Shown here in pieces: positions 22,825 to 38,200 of a stretch of DNA of 64,000 nt. Every line of letters begins with the position of its first letter. Within the stretch, counting starts at the first letter, position 1. Below the pieces are notes generated by a model, which saw only the letters and a list, made by a program, of their open reading frames with translations, searched no databases and had not been told where the DNA came from. The stretch is taken from assembly GCA_964057225.1 (NCBI GenBank), contig OZ059898.1, positions 5,208,001 to 5,272,000 on the forward strand, read 5' to 3'. Source of the stretch: Auanema rhodensis (Eukaryota; Animalia; Nematoda). Both the position numbers and the translations under genes were made by a program.

Positions 22825-25800
22825 GTGCAGAGTGGCCCCCCTACACTCACATACACATTCACACATACGTGTGTATGTACATACATATCTCTATAGTATA
22901 TCATATGACTGACTATCTTTGAAAAATAACTCCAAGAAAAAAGAAATCATTTCAAAGAATATTTTATTTTACTATTCGTTTAATTAAGTTCTGTATAATG
23001 CATCAATACATCTCTTGGGATGTTGAATGAAAACAGAACAACTTTATTATCTTTTCGAAGATACGAAAGAATAAAAGGTGAAGACGATAGTATAAGAGAG
23101 AGGGAGAGAGAGAGATAGAGAGATAGAGAGAGAGAGAAGAAGAGAGAGAGATTATTAAAAGGAAGGGTAATGAAGAAAAGTGAAGACATAATATTAACAG
23201 ATATATAATATCTACATATAAGTAAAGTGGGTGAAAAGGAAAGAGAGAAAGATAAGAAATATTTATATTCTTTAGAGATAAAAGGGATTCAAGAGCTTTA
23301 AATGTATAAAATAATAACTAGCCCTTGTATATTATTAATGTATCATCAGAGTTGAGATTGCTTGAAGCCTATCATTCTATCAAAAGTTTTCAAAACAAAT
23401 AACAGATTTAAGTTTATTTACAAAATACAAATAAAGTTCAGTTGTACTCAAACGTATCATGAATTAGTTAATGGTCTAACACACATACCTAAGTTGTTAA
23501 TGTTAAACAAGTAATTTTGCATGTATCCTTATATAATAAACAATTTCTTTTTAAAAATTATTAAAAAGAAATGTTTTTATTATATTTATATTTATATAAA
23601 TATAAATTTTAAAAATAAATTATATTAACTTACGATTGTATAATATATATTTGTCCAATTTTATAATATATTTATAATAAATTAGTATTCAATATGAATT
23701 TAACGAGCTGGAAAATTTCCCATCTTATTGAACCAATTAGCTTTCTGCTCATTACTTATTAAAGATGTTTCAAATTATTCACAAGGATTAATTTGGATAA
23801 AAATCTGAAAACCTACCCCATATTAGTCCAAGAATTTTCCAAAAATTATCCGAAAAGATCATCGTTAAACAAACTTTTTAATAATTGTTTCACAGGATGA
23901 TGATGATATCAACTGAAAATAGCCACAAAACCAAATTATGGCAGAAGGATATTCAACAAGAAGAATTTTGATGATAGTCGAGGTCAGGTGCTTCTCAAAG
24001 GATAGAGAAACTGAAGAGTTACAGAGAACGTAGCATACACATGAGCTTTGTGAAAGAAAGAAATATAGAGGGAAAACAGAGGGAGAGAAAGAAAGGAAAG
24101 GGAATGGCTGTCTGTTGTTCTTTGTATGTCAGCTGAGAGACTTTCAGATAGTATCAAAAATTGAGAGATATGTAGAGAAACTCGAGGAAGAAAGGCTGAC
24201 GACGACGTCGACGACGACGACCGATGTATGGTGACTGGGCGACGGAGGGCACGAGGAGGAAGAAACGAACGAATCTATGCAGTGAAAACGAGTATTTGGA
24301 AAAAGAAATTCATAGCTGTTAAAGAGAGAAATAGAGAATAAGGAAAAGGAGCGAGAGAAATGTGAAAGAGGCAGAGTTAATATGAGAGTAAGAAAGATAG
24401 GGAAGAGAAACAGGGAAATCAGCTGACCAAACCAAGTCCTCAACGTCCTCTGTCCCTACTGCTCTCACAGACTTTCAATTCATCGAGCATTATCTCTTAT
24501 TTCTTTTTCTAAACTATTCCTCTCTATATATCAGGGAGGGAGAGAATGGAAGTAATATTCTTTCAATGCTAAACATATAAGGAATTATATCCAATACTAT
24601 AATATAACATATATAAATATATATAATAAAGTATATAGTACTTAATGTATTTTTTTATAATAAATAAAAAAAATGATACAGGTTATTTAATACCAATAAA
24701 CGATAAAATTCCTTTTATATGAAATATATTATAGATTATTCACAAAATGAGAAGAAAATTGCTTTGGCGTTTGAGAGAAAATCATCCTCTTTAGAAGTTA
24801 TTCAATGTAAACTTTTCACATAGCAATCTCCAATAATTTTGAAAATAGGCCAAACACTAAATTTAACTTTTCTTCAATTATTTTCTATTTAATCAAAAAA
24901 GTACTTAGGGAAATAGTTTGATGTATGAGGATGATATGTGGCAGTTATTTATCTTGAAAATTATTTTTCCGACAACCGTTGAACTAAGTAATGCTTCTGA
25001 AAATCAAACATTCACTGAAAAATTAACCCAAAAACACTGAAACACGAAAAAAATTGAATAAAAAGGTTTCATATAAAATAACTTTTCAACAATTCTTGCA
25101 TATGATTCTATATTATTGGATTTTATTGGAAAAAAAAAAGAAAATAAGGATTCACCTGTGATTTGTACTCTTTCCTCCCAAAATTTCTAGTAAATTGCTC
25201 TTTAGTAATTTTGTGTCGACATTTTTTTATATTTTATAACGACCTTGTGTTCAGGTTTTAAGAAGTAAAATGTCGTTTGTACTCCTGAAATATGATTTTT
25301 CAATTCAATGAATTTCAAGTAGAATGGCTTTCTCGCCGTAAATTTTCGTTGAACGTTTTAATTGATCTTAATTTTAACTTGACTAATCTGATGAATTATA
25401 GCAGTGATTACAAAAAAAAGTTTTTTATTGGTTTCTAAATCGATAATATGATATGTGACATCATATGTTCTTCTTTAATTATTATATATATGTGTATATG
25501 TGTATGTATATCAGTAATGAAAGTTCAAAAGAAAGTTCAAACGAACTTCTGCAAAGTTTCGACTAAGTGCATCACTAGCGGCTATTGAAGGAGGGAGATG
25601 AAGGGGGGGGGGGAGCTGCTTCCCGAAAACTTTAAGAAAACTTGAAAAAGTTTATGATATACGTAAATAGATCTGGATAACTTGAAAGTTTCATATCAAT
25701 TAGTTTAAATAAAAATAAATAAAATGAAAAATTATGAGAAAATTTTTATAAATAATTATTATTGAAAACATAAAATAAATCTCGTGCTTATTACATACAA

Positions 25801-28145
25801 CATTATGAAAAGAAAAGAAGAGTAAGTGAATTGAAAATATTTATTTTATAATTATAATTAAAATAAGATTAATTAATATATATTTTCATATATAAAAGTT
25901 AAAGAATAATAGAATAGAAACAGAAAAATGACCAACAAAAAATAAAAATTAGTACATATTGTTTGATATTAATGAATTTAATATTTATAAATATATCTTT
26001 GACTTTATTTAATAAGATTTGTATTTAACTAATAATCTTGTAAAATTATTTAATATTGAATATTATATAGAATATTCTATGAATGTTTTCAGTTCAATTT
26101 TATAAATATATAAGTGTTTTGAAGTATTTTAAAAGGTCATGTTTATCAAACAATAATTTTTTTTCAATCATAATTTACAATATTTCAAATATTTATAAAA
26201 AAAACCTTTTTAAGAATTTAAATAAAAATATTTCAAATTTTACAAGAAATTGCAAAATATTTCCTTATTTATCATTAGTTTTAATATTTATAATGTTTAG
26301 AAATATTGTAAAATTCTGAATTCATAAAGGAGAATTGATTGAAATATCAGTGTCATCTTAGGAAATTCATCATATGCGATTAATGAAATTGTCTGTTTTG
26401 ATCTTAAATAACTATTTATTATAAAGTAATATTATGTATGTATGTATGTATATGTATATTATATGAAATAAATGTTTTTTAAAAATAATATTTATTTATT
26501 TATATTTTCAATTATTTTTGTTTATAAAACATTTGTAAATATTTCAATTTTTCTTTTGACACTATATAAGATGAATACATCTTAGAAATCTAATAAATCA
26601 AGGAATTGCAGCTTTTTAAACCAAAATTCTAAAACCTAAACAATCATTGTGAATCTAAATTTTCATTGCCCAACATTTCATGCTTGAAGTATCATTCAAA
26701 TCTTTACACTTATTTCCTCATATTGCTCTCATATTAAAATTTACAATTTTATAACTTCCTGACATTATTTCTCATTTTTTATTAAATAAATTTCGATTTA
26801 AATTTTTTTTCTTTTTTTCGTTGCTTTACAGTAGCAGCTTCACCGTTGCAAGCATCTCTATTAGATAATTTTATTTCTACATGTCACGAAGATGCACACA
26901 TATTAAGCTTCTTGAAATTGTCCTCCCACAATCGCTGTATCATTCTGCTATTTTTTTAGCAAATTTATGTAATTTACTTCCAATCAATGTGAATATTTCA
27001 TAAAATATATTATTCTTAAATTATAATTGTAATTTTCTACTGTACGATGAATAGATTACTCTTTTCCTATTAAAAAATAATAAATTTTTACGGAAAATTA
27101 AGAAAAATAGAAAGATAATACCACTTATAAGGATGATTGTTTTGGAAATGAATTTATGAATTCAATACGTCCCTTTTAGACTTATAGTCAATTACATCTA
27201 CCACCACCACCACTACCACAACCTGCTCTCCCTTCCTATCTCTTAACTCACTCTCTGGAGCCATATCCGTTTGTTAGATTAGAAAGAATTTGAAAAAAAG
27301 GAAAGAAGAAAGTTTCAGAGAACTATTGTATATTTAATATAATCAATCCTCATCTATCTTATATATGAATACAACTACGTAAACGATCTATTATCTAAAT
27401 TAATTCATTAAATGAATATAATATTTTAGAAGTTAGTTTATGAAATGAATTGAATATATTAATATTATAATTATAAACATATATACAGACATATTATATG
27501 TAAATTTGATAAAAACATCAATTTTTTAATTTCTAATATGTATACAAACTAAATTTTAGTTTATATTTTTATTTTTATTTTATAATATTATTTATATTAT
27601 ATAATAATCTGAAACATTCATTCAACCCAATTGATTTAACAAAAACATTTTGATTTACATGTCCATCTGAAATAAAATAAAAATGTTGTTCCTATCTTAT
27701 AGGAATCGAAGTCATTATACAGTCACTTATCCATTTCTTCTCATTTTCTTTTGCATTGAGCCGTTAATGATCAAAAATGAAATTTCCTGAATCTTCGTCA
27801 TCATCAGATGTATTTGGATGTAAGAACATCAACTTCCAGTTACATAGTTTCATCGTAAGAAATTGGGTATATCATGTTTCATTTGCCTTCCACCCCTTTA
27901 TATCTTTTAAGAATTTCTTTTTGAAGCCCTAAAAAAACAAAATATGAATATTGATGAATTAGAAAAAATTATTATTTATTTTTCATCTGAAAAGTAAAAA
28001 AAATATCCGTTAAACTTATGATGCTTGTTCATTATTTCATTAATAAAATAAAAAGAAAATAAGAGATGCTTCATGGACAAATTTGTTTTTAATATCTTTT
28101 ATATTATAATCAAAATTTCTTCTAAATAACAAAAAAATCTTTCAA

Positions 28146-28171
28146 AGAGAGAGAGAGAGAGAGAGAGGAAA

Positions 28172-28257
<86 letters not shown>
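28146..28257. repeat. (AG)n microsatellite, interrupted
   Basis: About 110 bp of AG repeats. Similar AG/CT tracts occur at ~5010-5070, 19875-19905, 23095-23150, 30703-30760 and 35253-35281. Confidence 0.9.
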
Positions 28258-30721
28258 TGGGGAGGGAAGAACGAGAGAGAAAGGAGAAAAGAAAAAAAAG
28301 GAGTTATGGCAAAAACGCTTTTTTTAGTTTCAATTGGATTATGCTGAAGTTAGTAACTTAATCAATTCTTCTACAATAATAGTAAAAACTTACGATTTCA
28401 TCAAGAATAGATTTTCCTAACAGTTCTTCACACCATTTCCGCTTTCTCTCTCTCTGTCTCTCTCTGTAGATTTTCTCCTTTTTCTCCCTCTTGCCATCTT
28501 TTTTACTAAAAAAAACAATTATTTTAATTGAAAACTTTTATTTTATTTTTCATTGCAAATATCTTAAAATTTGTTGAAAATTACGTAAATTAATCTAACG
28601 TCGACACCATTTTTCTATCAATCCCACAAAGTTTTCATCCAGAAATATAGTTGTTGAATGCAATAAAAGAATAAAGCAAGATTTTCTTAGCAGGTAATAA
28701 AATTGCAAACTTTTTATCGAAAGTGTCATAATGTCTCAATAAATTTTTTTTATTGTTTTAAGAGTAAAAAACTTTTTTTTTTCATTTTATATTTGTGTTA
28801 AAGTACTAGTTTAATAATTATTTCAATTTTCTATATATATATACATGTTTATTTTTTAATTTTTATTCAATAGACAATAAAATAAAATAATTAATATAAA
28901 TTTTATAATTAAAGAATCAGAACATCTATACTTTATATAATCATCTTATTCTATTCTTTGTTCTTTTCATTTTAAAGCCTTGTTTGTTACAAATTTTATG
29001 CTTCCTTATTCTTTTTTCTTGAGAAGACCGTCTCTTCAATGACTTCCTAGTTTTTCTTTCTTTTTCTTTTTTTTTAATTTTTTCTTGTTTCAATTACATA
29101 TTCATTCAAGCTTTCATATGAACAATAATATGAAAAGAACGCATTTCCTTAATAAAGAGATGTACAGTTGCATATTTCTTTTCAATCTTATGCTGTAAAA
29201 AGTTGCTAAGAATAACGTGTCAATGACATCATTTTGATGTTTGAGCTAAACATTTTCTTCTATTTTTGGATCTTTTGACCAAAATCGAAACTATCAACGA
29301 GGCAACATTTAATTAAAATTAGCTAGATGCCCTAACCACACTCGGTCAGCCCTACACTACCACATCCTCAATTACTTTGACTTTTAGAATCCACATGGTT
29401 GTACTTTTATAAGTTTTGCTATATTTGCAATTAGCGTTCCTTACGTTTATAAGATCTTTTTTATTTTTCTTAATGATTTTCGCAATTTCGTTATAAACAA
29501 CATATTTAATATTGGTGCATTAACTTAAAAATTCATTTTTATAAAGACAATGAGTGAATAATTAGAATTTTTAATTTGTTTACTTGTTTATTTGTTTTTT
29601 TTATCAAAGAGAATCAAATAATTTGCTAATTATAAGAATAATAAGAGATGATCTGACACTGAAGATCCAAATTGAAAATTACTATAAAACTAAAATGGAC
29701 TACTAGTATTAATGTGAATTGAAAGAGATACTAAGAAAGAGGGAGAGCGAGAGAACAAGAGAAGAAAGAGAATTTAATAGATAGAGAGAGAGAGAGAGAA
29801 AGAAATCTATGTATATATGCCCAATAGAAGGTAGAGACTTTTTTTTCAGTTTCCATCTTTGTGTAACATCAATATTGTGAACAAAATTAATTGAATTTTA
29901 AATGATGTTTAGTCTGTCAACATGGAAGATCGTAAGCAAATATGATAGTTCCCAGATTAGATGAATTTGTAAAGTTAAGATTAGAGAAGATGCCCGAAGA
30001 ATAGATGACGTTAGTGGAGCTAACTAACAATAGCCTGACCATGTTTATCAACTTATTGCATGTTTATCTATGAAAATTAAATTTTCATAGTGACGTACAA
30101 CAATGTGTAACTGTAGTATAATTCTGAATGTCCATAGATGAAACTGAGTGCTTTTTTCATGTTATAAACTCTAATTATTCCTTTTTCTTCTTGGGCTGGC
30201 CCACCCTCATCAAAGCCTCATGAAGCATGGAAACGAAAATTGTGTTTTTCAGATGACCAACAACATCTCCTGAGATTATATTCTTTAGTGTAGATGAAGC
30301 CACAGTCATCATGGATACTTCATCCTTGTTTTTCATTTTGCTTATTAACTATAAGAAATCATACTATATAGTATTTCTAAATAATATGATGTTTAAACTA
30401 TACTATATTATGGTTAATTTTACTATTTATTTTGAAGTACAAGCGGAACAAAATTTAGTTTTTCAATATAATAATAATAACTATTTACTATAGACAATTG
30501 TGATAGATTTTTAATATTTTGAAGTAAAGCATTCCTTTACAGCATGAACTTTTAGTAAAAAGGTTGGAATACGTTTTTCTATTTTGAACATATTTAAAAG
30601 GACTTGTATACACTATATGTTGAGTTCGTAGATTTTATAATGTATTTGATTACTTATTCCTCACTCTTTGAATATCTTTTTTGTAGGTTCCTTCTCATCT
30701 ACTTCTCTCTCTCTCTCATCT

Positions 30722-30767
<46 letters not shown>

Positions 30768-33700
30768 TTATCTATTACCCTCTCTTCTTTTCAATCATTT
30801 TCTCGCTATCTCTAAGAATTTGTTTCATATTTTCTAAATTTGTTTCTGTTTTTTCTTTCAAATTTAAGTTTATAGCTCTTTTTAGTTTTTGTTATATATT
30901 TCCTATTTGAATTAACGAGTATAATGTAATAGAATGTTTATACTTTCACTATTATATAATATTTTAAAACCATAAAAGCATAATAAGTAGAGTATACAAA
31001 CTCCAGTACTCAACTTAATGACCTCATGACGACTTCCTATTTTCTTGAAAACAATGCAAGCAAGACGGAGACATCATCAGCTAGTTACTACTAGACTTTC
31101 TAGACTTCTCAACTTCCATAGCCTTCACCAACACCTCCTCCTCCTCCGCTTTACAATATACAGCTGAATGAAGATTCAAGAATGATGTAACATGAAGATA
31201 CATATATGTATAGAGAGTAAGATCTACAGATAGATAGAGAGTAACTTAAGAAATAGGAAAAGACTTATTAGATTTTCTTTTAATGTTACTAAGCATTAAA
31301 GGAAAATATTTAGCAGAAGAAACCGAAAGAATAGGTATTGCAAGAGAGAAAAAAGATTGAAAGATTGAGGGACTGAAACTGAAAGATTAATACGTTCACC
31401 AAATAAGAGTTAGGATTACTCAAATATATTTATAGAATTTCTCAAAAGGTTAAATGTATATCAGAAAAATTAAAATATGGACTTTTCTTAAATTTATTCA
31501 AATTTCAACAAACATTATATTAGAAGCATAAGGTAACCTAGAGAGACCTATGTCATCTATTCAATAACATCAATTCATTCTGTTCTCATTTCAACCTTTT
31601 CTATGCTAAATTACTAAAACTAAAACATATTTGGTAATTTTTTTTGTAAATCTGATCAACTATTCTATTATGAAGTAGATAGAGTAGCTCAATACTTACT
31701 TATACAGATGAAGTTCAAAATTCAAAATATATGTTCTTAAAGCTTCAACTATTTTCTCGACATATTACTATTCCCCCTTTTCCAACTTCCCTATCTTCCT
31801 TTGTTGGCTACCTTTCAGATGCATACGAGACTGAACTATTAGTCTCTAGAATGAAGTCAAATCAATCAGACATTTCCATCTGGAAGAGTCCGCCAGTTAA
31901 ACCTAACTCAAATCATACTGATGGCAATTCAATCCACATTTGATAATTATCTTCAAATTCAAATCTTAAAAGTATATACGAAACGTTCCATCTAATTTCA
32001 TGCTTCACATCCTTAATTTCTCGTTAATCTTTATTTTTTTCTTTTCTCTTGTCCATTTACATGATACTACCCTCGGTAGCAACATGCTATTCCTAGCAAG
32101 TTTTGTTCATTTTTCATGCTTTTCCACAACTTTTGTGTTTCTCATGTTTCCTCATCTTATTCCATTCTGCAAAATATTTAATAGATATCTTCAACTCAAA
32201 TCTATGACGTTGTTTAAATTCCTTTTTTTGAAACAGAAAAGTAAGATCATATTACGTACTTTAAATAGTTGCCATCAAATTACTTTCATATTGTCACTAA
32301 ACCCAAATAAAAATGTTTGATATCCAGATTCAAATACATAATTGTTGCTTCTATTTCATGTATGATGACGTCTAAACACCAGATATATCAATTTTGCAAG
32401 ATTTATTTATATTTTCCTTGTTTGTTTTTTTTTATTTTTCTATTTTCTCATAGACGTATCGCTAAATGTCAGATTTGAACAAATGTTTCACTCTCTATTC
32501 TTTCATCTTGCAATGTCTACCAAATGAACTTCTGCGTTCACAATCAAGCAACCGAATTATCCTAATTATGAGATTTTGATGATAAATTACGTCAGAATGT
32601 TCTTCATTTTTTAAATAAAATATTCACAGAACTGAACTGAACTCTTCAGACTGCTTTGTTAGAATCGGCCTTTGTAGCCAGATAACAACGGGTACGATGA
32701 AATATGCGAAACAGAATTGAAAAGCAAAGACACAAAGCTTCTCATACTTTCATTACATTCTGATTTTTGTGCAATAATTCATCTTTTCATCTCCATTTTT
32801 CTGCTCAAATTCGGATTGTCTAGTTCTTCAGTCATTGACATTTGTGTAATTCTAAATTCAATTTCAGAATTCATTTCAGAAAGATGACTTAGTTTAGTTG
32901 GCAAGGTACACCAATTGAATTTAGGACTCTCATATCTTATTTGAAAGCTTTTAACATCTTCTTCATATATGTATCAAAGTTATCAAAAATATCAAAAATA
33001 TGCTCATCTTCCTTCAAAAAAAAACATTTTTTTATAAATAGATATTCAGACTAACATTTTAGATTTTTAACTTTTTGTTAAAATCGATGATACGATAACT
33101 TTTATAAGCAATAAGCTTATACTAATTTATATAAATGTAATAATAATTTATAATTAAATTAAAAATAAATAGAATAATAATAGAATATAGTATTCATTAC
33201 TATATCTCTACTTTTGGGACATATTCCTTGAATCTTCTAATAATTAAAATAATTTTTATGGTTATAATCATGCAAACTTATTAACTTTCTATTGAAAAAG
33301 TCATATAAGTTAGAGTATGAAATACGTAATTAAGCTTTTGTTTTCGTAATCCAGAGATACATCATTCCTTAGAAGAAAAAAGTCCAAAGTTCAAGATTTT
33401 TCAATCAGGTAATCCCTTATAGACATGTATTTTCAGAATAGTTGTATTATAGATGCGTACAAGGAGAAACCTTTCTTTCAGGAAAATGAAACTTTTTAAA
33501 AATTTCAGAAAACCTGATCAAACATTATTTTAACAAATATTTTATATAATATATAATAAGAAAAGAAGTATATATTTCTATCTAATTTTTACTTTTTTTT
33601 ATAATTTTTATTCGTTTTTTTTTTTTTGAAATACATTCATAATAATTCAGATGCAGTTTTAGAGCATAATATTAACGCTTGTGGACATAGATACATATAT

Positions 33701-35250
33701 GTATGTATGTATACTTGATGATACACAACTTTTTAATACATCTTTTACTCATTATAAGCTATTTTATAATTTATATTTATTAGAGTGTTTCATATTAATG
33801 TAATTCAAATGTCTGTTAATAATTTCTGATCCAAGACTTCAATTAGGATAGAAAATATATCCAATCCAAACAACAGCTAAAGCAACTAAAGGTTATTTAA
33901 AAATTTAAAAAAAATTTCTTTTATACATTTCATATTCTATTGCTGTCTGAAATGAATGTTATTTCATCAACTTATTTATTGTTCAAAATAGAAGAAATAC
34001 GTTTTTCTTTTGAAGTTATAAATTAAAATTTTTAAAAAAACTTATTTATTTTTTATAAATTTAATAACATGCATACATATATGATTATATTAAATATTTC
34101 TTCTTAATTCTACAATACTTTATGTGAATTTTTCTTTAAGAATTTTTTCACTACCATCATCTAAATACTATAATCTCATCCCAAGAACCATGTTGCTAAA
34201 TTAAAAAAAAATATAATCTGCTTCTTCTTCTTTTCTTTTTGTTCCAATTCCAGAGAACAGATATGCTGAATGAGGAAAATTAATTTTAAAAAACTTCTTT
34301 TTCTTTTGATTTTAAGAAAAATTCTGCAAAATAAAAATTATTCATTATATATGTGTTTCCCATGATGATCGTTTGCTCTATCAAAGCAACAATCCCAGTA
34401 TTGTCAGCTGCACTCTGACGTCGATGCTTCAGATGTAAATATGTCGTTATAGATAAATTCTCAGATTAAAAAGTCACTTTTTCTATATTTATATTATATA
34501 TGTGTATATATAGCTCATATATAAAGCATCAAACAAAGACACCAATGTCGTATATTAGATGTATATCTCATTTGATATATATATTCAGATTATTTATCAT
34601 TTATATAATACTATTTCTATTTAATTTTGATTTCATCTATTCAATAACTCAAATAATTCATTTTTTCGATTTTTCTTTTGTCGTACTACCATTCGTATCA
34701 GTTCTAATCAAATTTTGTTAAATTTCAAAGAAATGTTAAAGTTAAAGATAGAATTATTGAATGGACTTCTAGAATTAGACTCTTCTAGCTTTCCATTGTT
34801 TAATTTTTAAGTCAATTGACTATCAAATTTCCAGTATATGCATACTTTCATGCTCTTTCGCATTCAATGTCCATGAGTTTAAGTAAAAATATTTAAAGAT
34901 TGCTCTACATCTTCCAGAGATGAAAGAATAAGAAGAGTATTCATTTCATTTCTTTTCTGATTTTTTAAAAAGACTTCTACACTGCATTCAATAAGCTAGA
35001 TACCAAGACACTATAAAGCTAAGTGATGTGTTGATCTGACTCTTATATTCCAATTTCTCCAATTTTTTTACATTTTTTCCACTTAAGAGAATTTGTCATC
35101 AACCCTTATTCAGCTATTCATTACTTTGCTTTTTAGATGGCCATTTTCGCTTGAAATAAGCTCTTTTTAATCCATAGACAGTTCACCCAATGTCTCATAA
35201 TAGCCCTCAGAGAAATGTTACTGCCTCCTACACATATAACTAGCCGACCG

Positions 35251-35286
<36 letters not shown>

Positions 35287-38200
35287 CTCTGATCATCTCT
35301 CGATTATTCTTACTATCTCATTCGTTTTGCTCAACAAACGGAGCTAGCGCTTATTAGATGCTCCGATTAAATATATTAATTACAGTTGGAAAAACACACA
35401 TCATCTTTTAGGTGAAATGATGACATTGACATAACATGCTGTTGTTTCTATCATTGAAGCCTACTTGCAAACCTAAAAGGCCTTGAAACAGAATGTTATT
35501 TCAACTTCAGACTAATTTCCTCTTTCATACTTGGGTATGCATCATCAGAATGCTAAGCGTGCTCAAGATGGTCAACCTGAACTTCGAGTGAAACTGAGAA
35601 CAAACTCTTCCTGGTCCGGAATCAAAATAAAATAAAACTGAACAGCAGCATTACAGTTCAACAAATGGCACACTCTTTATTGAACGTTTATAAACATTTT
35701 CATGACTGTCTCACCTCTTCATAACAATGAGGTCCGGTTCTCTCAAATGAAAAACTCTTGAGCTTCGTTTCGAAATTTGAGATTTCGGTTATTTAATTGC
35801 CGTATTTTCATTATCTTTACATTTTTCTAACGAAATTTGAAGATTAAATCTTACTTAAAGGTACGTGAAATTCAGGGTTTTTATATCATTTTTACAATTA
35901 TTTTTCGGGCAGAACGGTTGGTTGTTAAGTAATTTTATACAAAGCATATGTGTTGTTGTTTCACATTCTCACATTTTTCATCTATTTATGTTTCATAAAC
36001 ATGAAAAAAAAAGTTTTTTTTTCTTTAAATTTAATTGGAATATGATCTATCATGGTCGTTGAAACTTTGAACTCCATAGAAACGGATACCCAGGTGCACA
36101 CTGAGCGGCCTTTTATAAGATATAATTTATTCAAAATTTATGTTTGTCTGTAGCTTAAATCTATATGAGCTTTGCAGCTTTTTTTTTATTCTTTTCTTTG
36201 TTCTCATGTTTACGTAAAAGTTTATGTTTGAAGAAAGCATTATTCTATCAAAAAAAAGGTTTTTTTTTCATAATTTTCATGAACAAGAGTTTTTTTAGTT
36301 TTTAAAAAGTATATATTATATATACATACATATAATTAGTATATATAAAATAGTTTTTTTTGAAGAAAAAAAACAAATAATAAATAATTGAAGGAAAATA
36401 CATTAATTTTGAGCATAATCAGTACATTTTTCATAATATCAAGTTTTGTTTGATGTTCAAAAGTCATGCCACAAATAAATAAAATAGTTTATTTAAATAT
36501 TTAACTTATGAACGGAAAAGGATGTTCAACGTGAATATCCGGAAAACTCTCACATTTGATCGGCGTGTCATGAATCTCCTTCTCAACTTCCACGCCTCCA
36601 TCCACCAGTTACATTCTTGCAAAATTCATATTAGATTTCTTTTTTGATTTTTAACATCTTAATGCACATTTAAATATTTTTTCCTCATATACATCTCGTT
36701 AAATATTCTGAGATGATTATAAAATAATTAATGATAATTATTTTTAGAGGAAACAAAAACATAAAAGGTCATTAGGACAAACAGTAATATATATCCAAAT
36801 ATTTTCTATTCAAAGTTCTTATATTGGTGTCATATCTCTCATAATCTCGAAGAAAATTATGTGAACTCGCTTTGCCAAGTTTATTTCCTTTTCAATTCTT
36901 ATAGCCTGATTTTAGCATCTACTAATATATTCATTTTTTTTACTTCCACCCTCAATCTTTTTACTTATTTTCTTACTCATATCCCGGAATTCCTCCTCTT
37001 CCTCCTACACTTCATTTTACCGATCCTGCCATCAGAAATTATCCACATTTTCTAGTTTTTCTTGATAATTTCTCTTTTTTTAGGAAAGCTGCTCCACCCA
37101 CATGTATTTATTTGGGCGTGATAGTCAATTATATATTCATAGCTTTCATTAATGATCTGACAGCTTTCATAATTTATAGAGGCTTACAAGGTGAAATTGG
37201 GATTTCCCAGAATGCTCTTCTTCTAAGCAGCTTAACAGAACCACCTACCGGAACGTTTATTCGGCTCAAAACTCATAGCAGCTAAACAGTCACTATTTAT
37301 CAGCATCATCTTCATTGAATAGCATATATTAATGACCTAATACTCAAACTTTTATTTTTACACCATTATGCAACGTTTTCAAACTTTATTTTACTTTTCG
37401 TTATATGTACTTACAACATATAAATCGAGACTCAAAACGGCCACTATCCTGATACTGAAAGCTGACACCTTTTCTTAGTTCATCCTCTTCTTTCTCGGTT
37501 CTTTTAATACAACTGCTGTCATCCACATTTCTGGTGTCCGTTTATAGTACTTTAAAGTATGTTAATGTGAAAAACATAAAGTGTCTCTTTGATGTTACCA
37601 TGGACGAGGATGTTTGTAATGATAAAGATTCTCAGTTATTCGTCATCATCGTATTTAGATTTGCAGCTTTGCACGAGAATTCATGCACGTCTTCCACTTT
37701 CTTCTGTAATTCATTGATAATACATAAGAATTCATTCTTTGCAGATTTTATTCTTATACATTATAAACTCACACGATGTTTTATTTCGTTTATATATTTG
37801 TGTTTTTAATAATTATAACCTATATAATGACATTTTCACTTTAAAAGGTTCTTTTTTACTTTGTGGTTATAAATACATATTCTACGTATTCATATATACA
37901 TTTCCTTGTTTTTATGGTTGCTAACAAAGAAATTACTGTTACAAATCATATTTCAATATTTCCTTTACTTATTCTTTTTCTTCCGCTTCTTCATTTAATC
38001 ATGAACTTTAAATTGGCTTTAAAATAGTTCATTCAACGTGCATTTTACTTTCATATTTTCCTAAAGGTTAAACTATCAAGTCAAAAAATTTTAACTTTTT
38101 TTATCTTTACTAGTTTACCTTGTATCTATATCTTATTGTCTATTGGTAGTATACATCTATTCATCACTTTGACCTTTCCTAGCCAAGTATATATGGCTTA

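Noticed and set aside
25603-25613. G11 homopolymer
   Set aside because: An isolated run too short for a stable intramolecular G4, with no supporting context.
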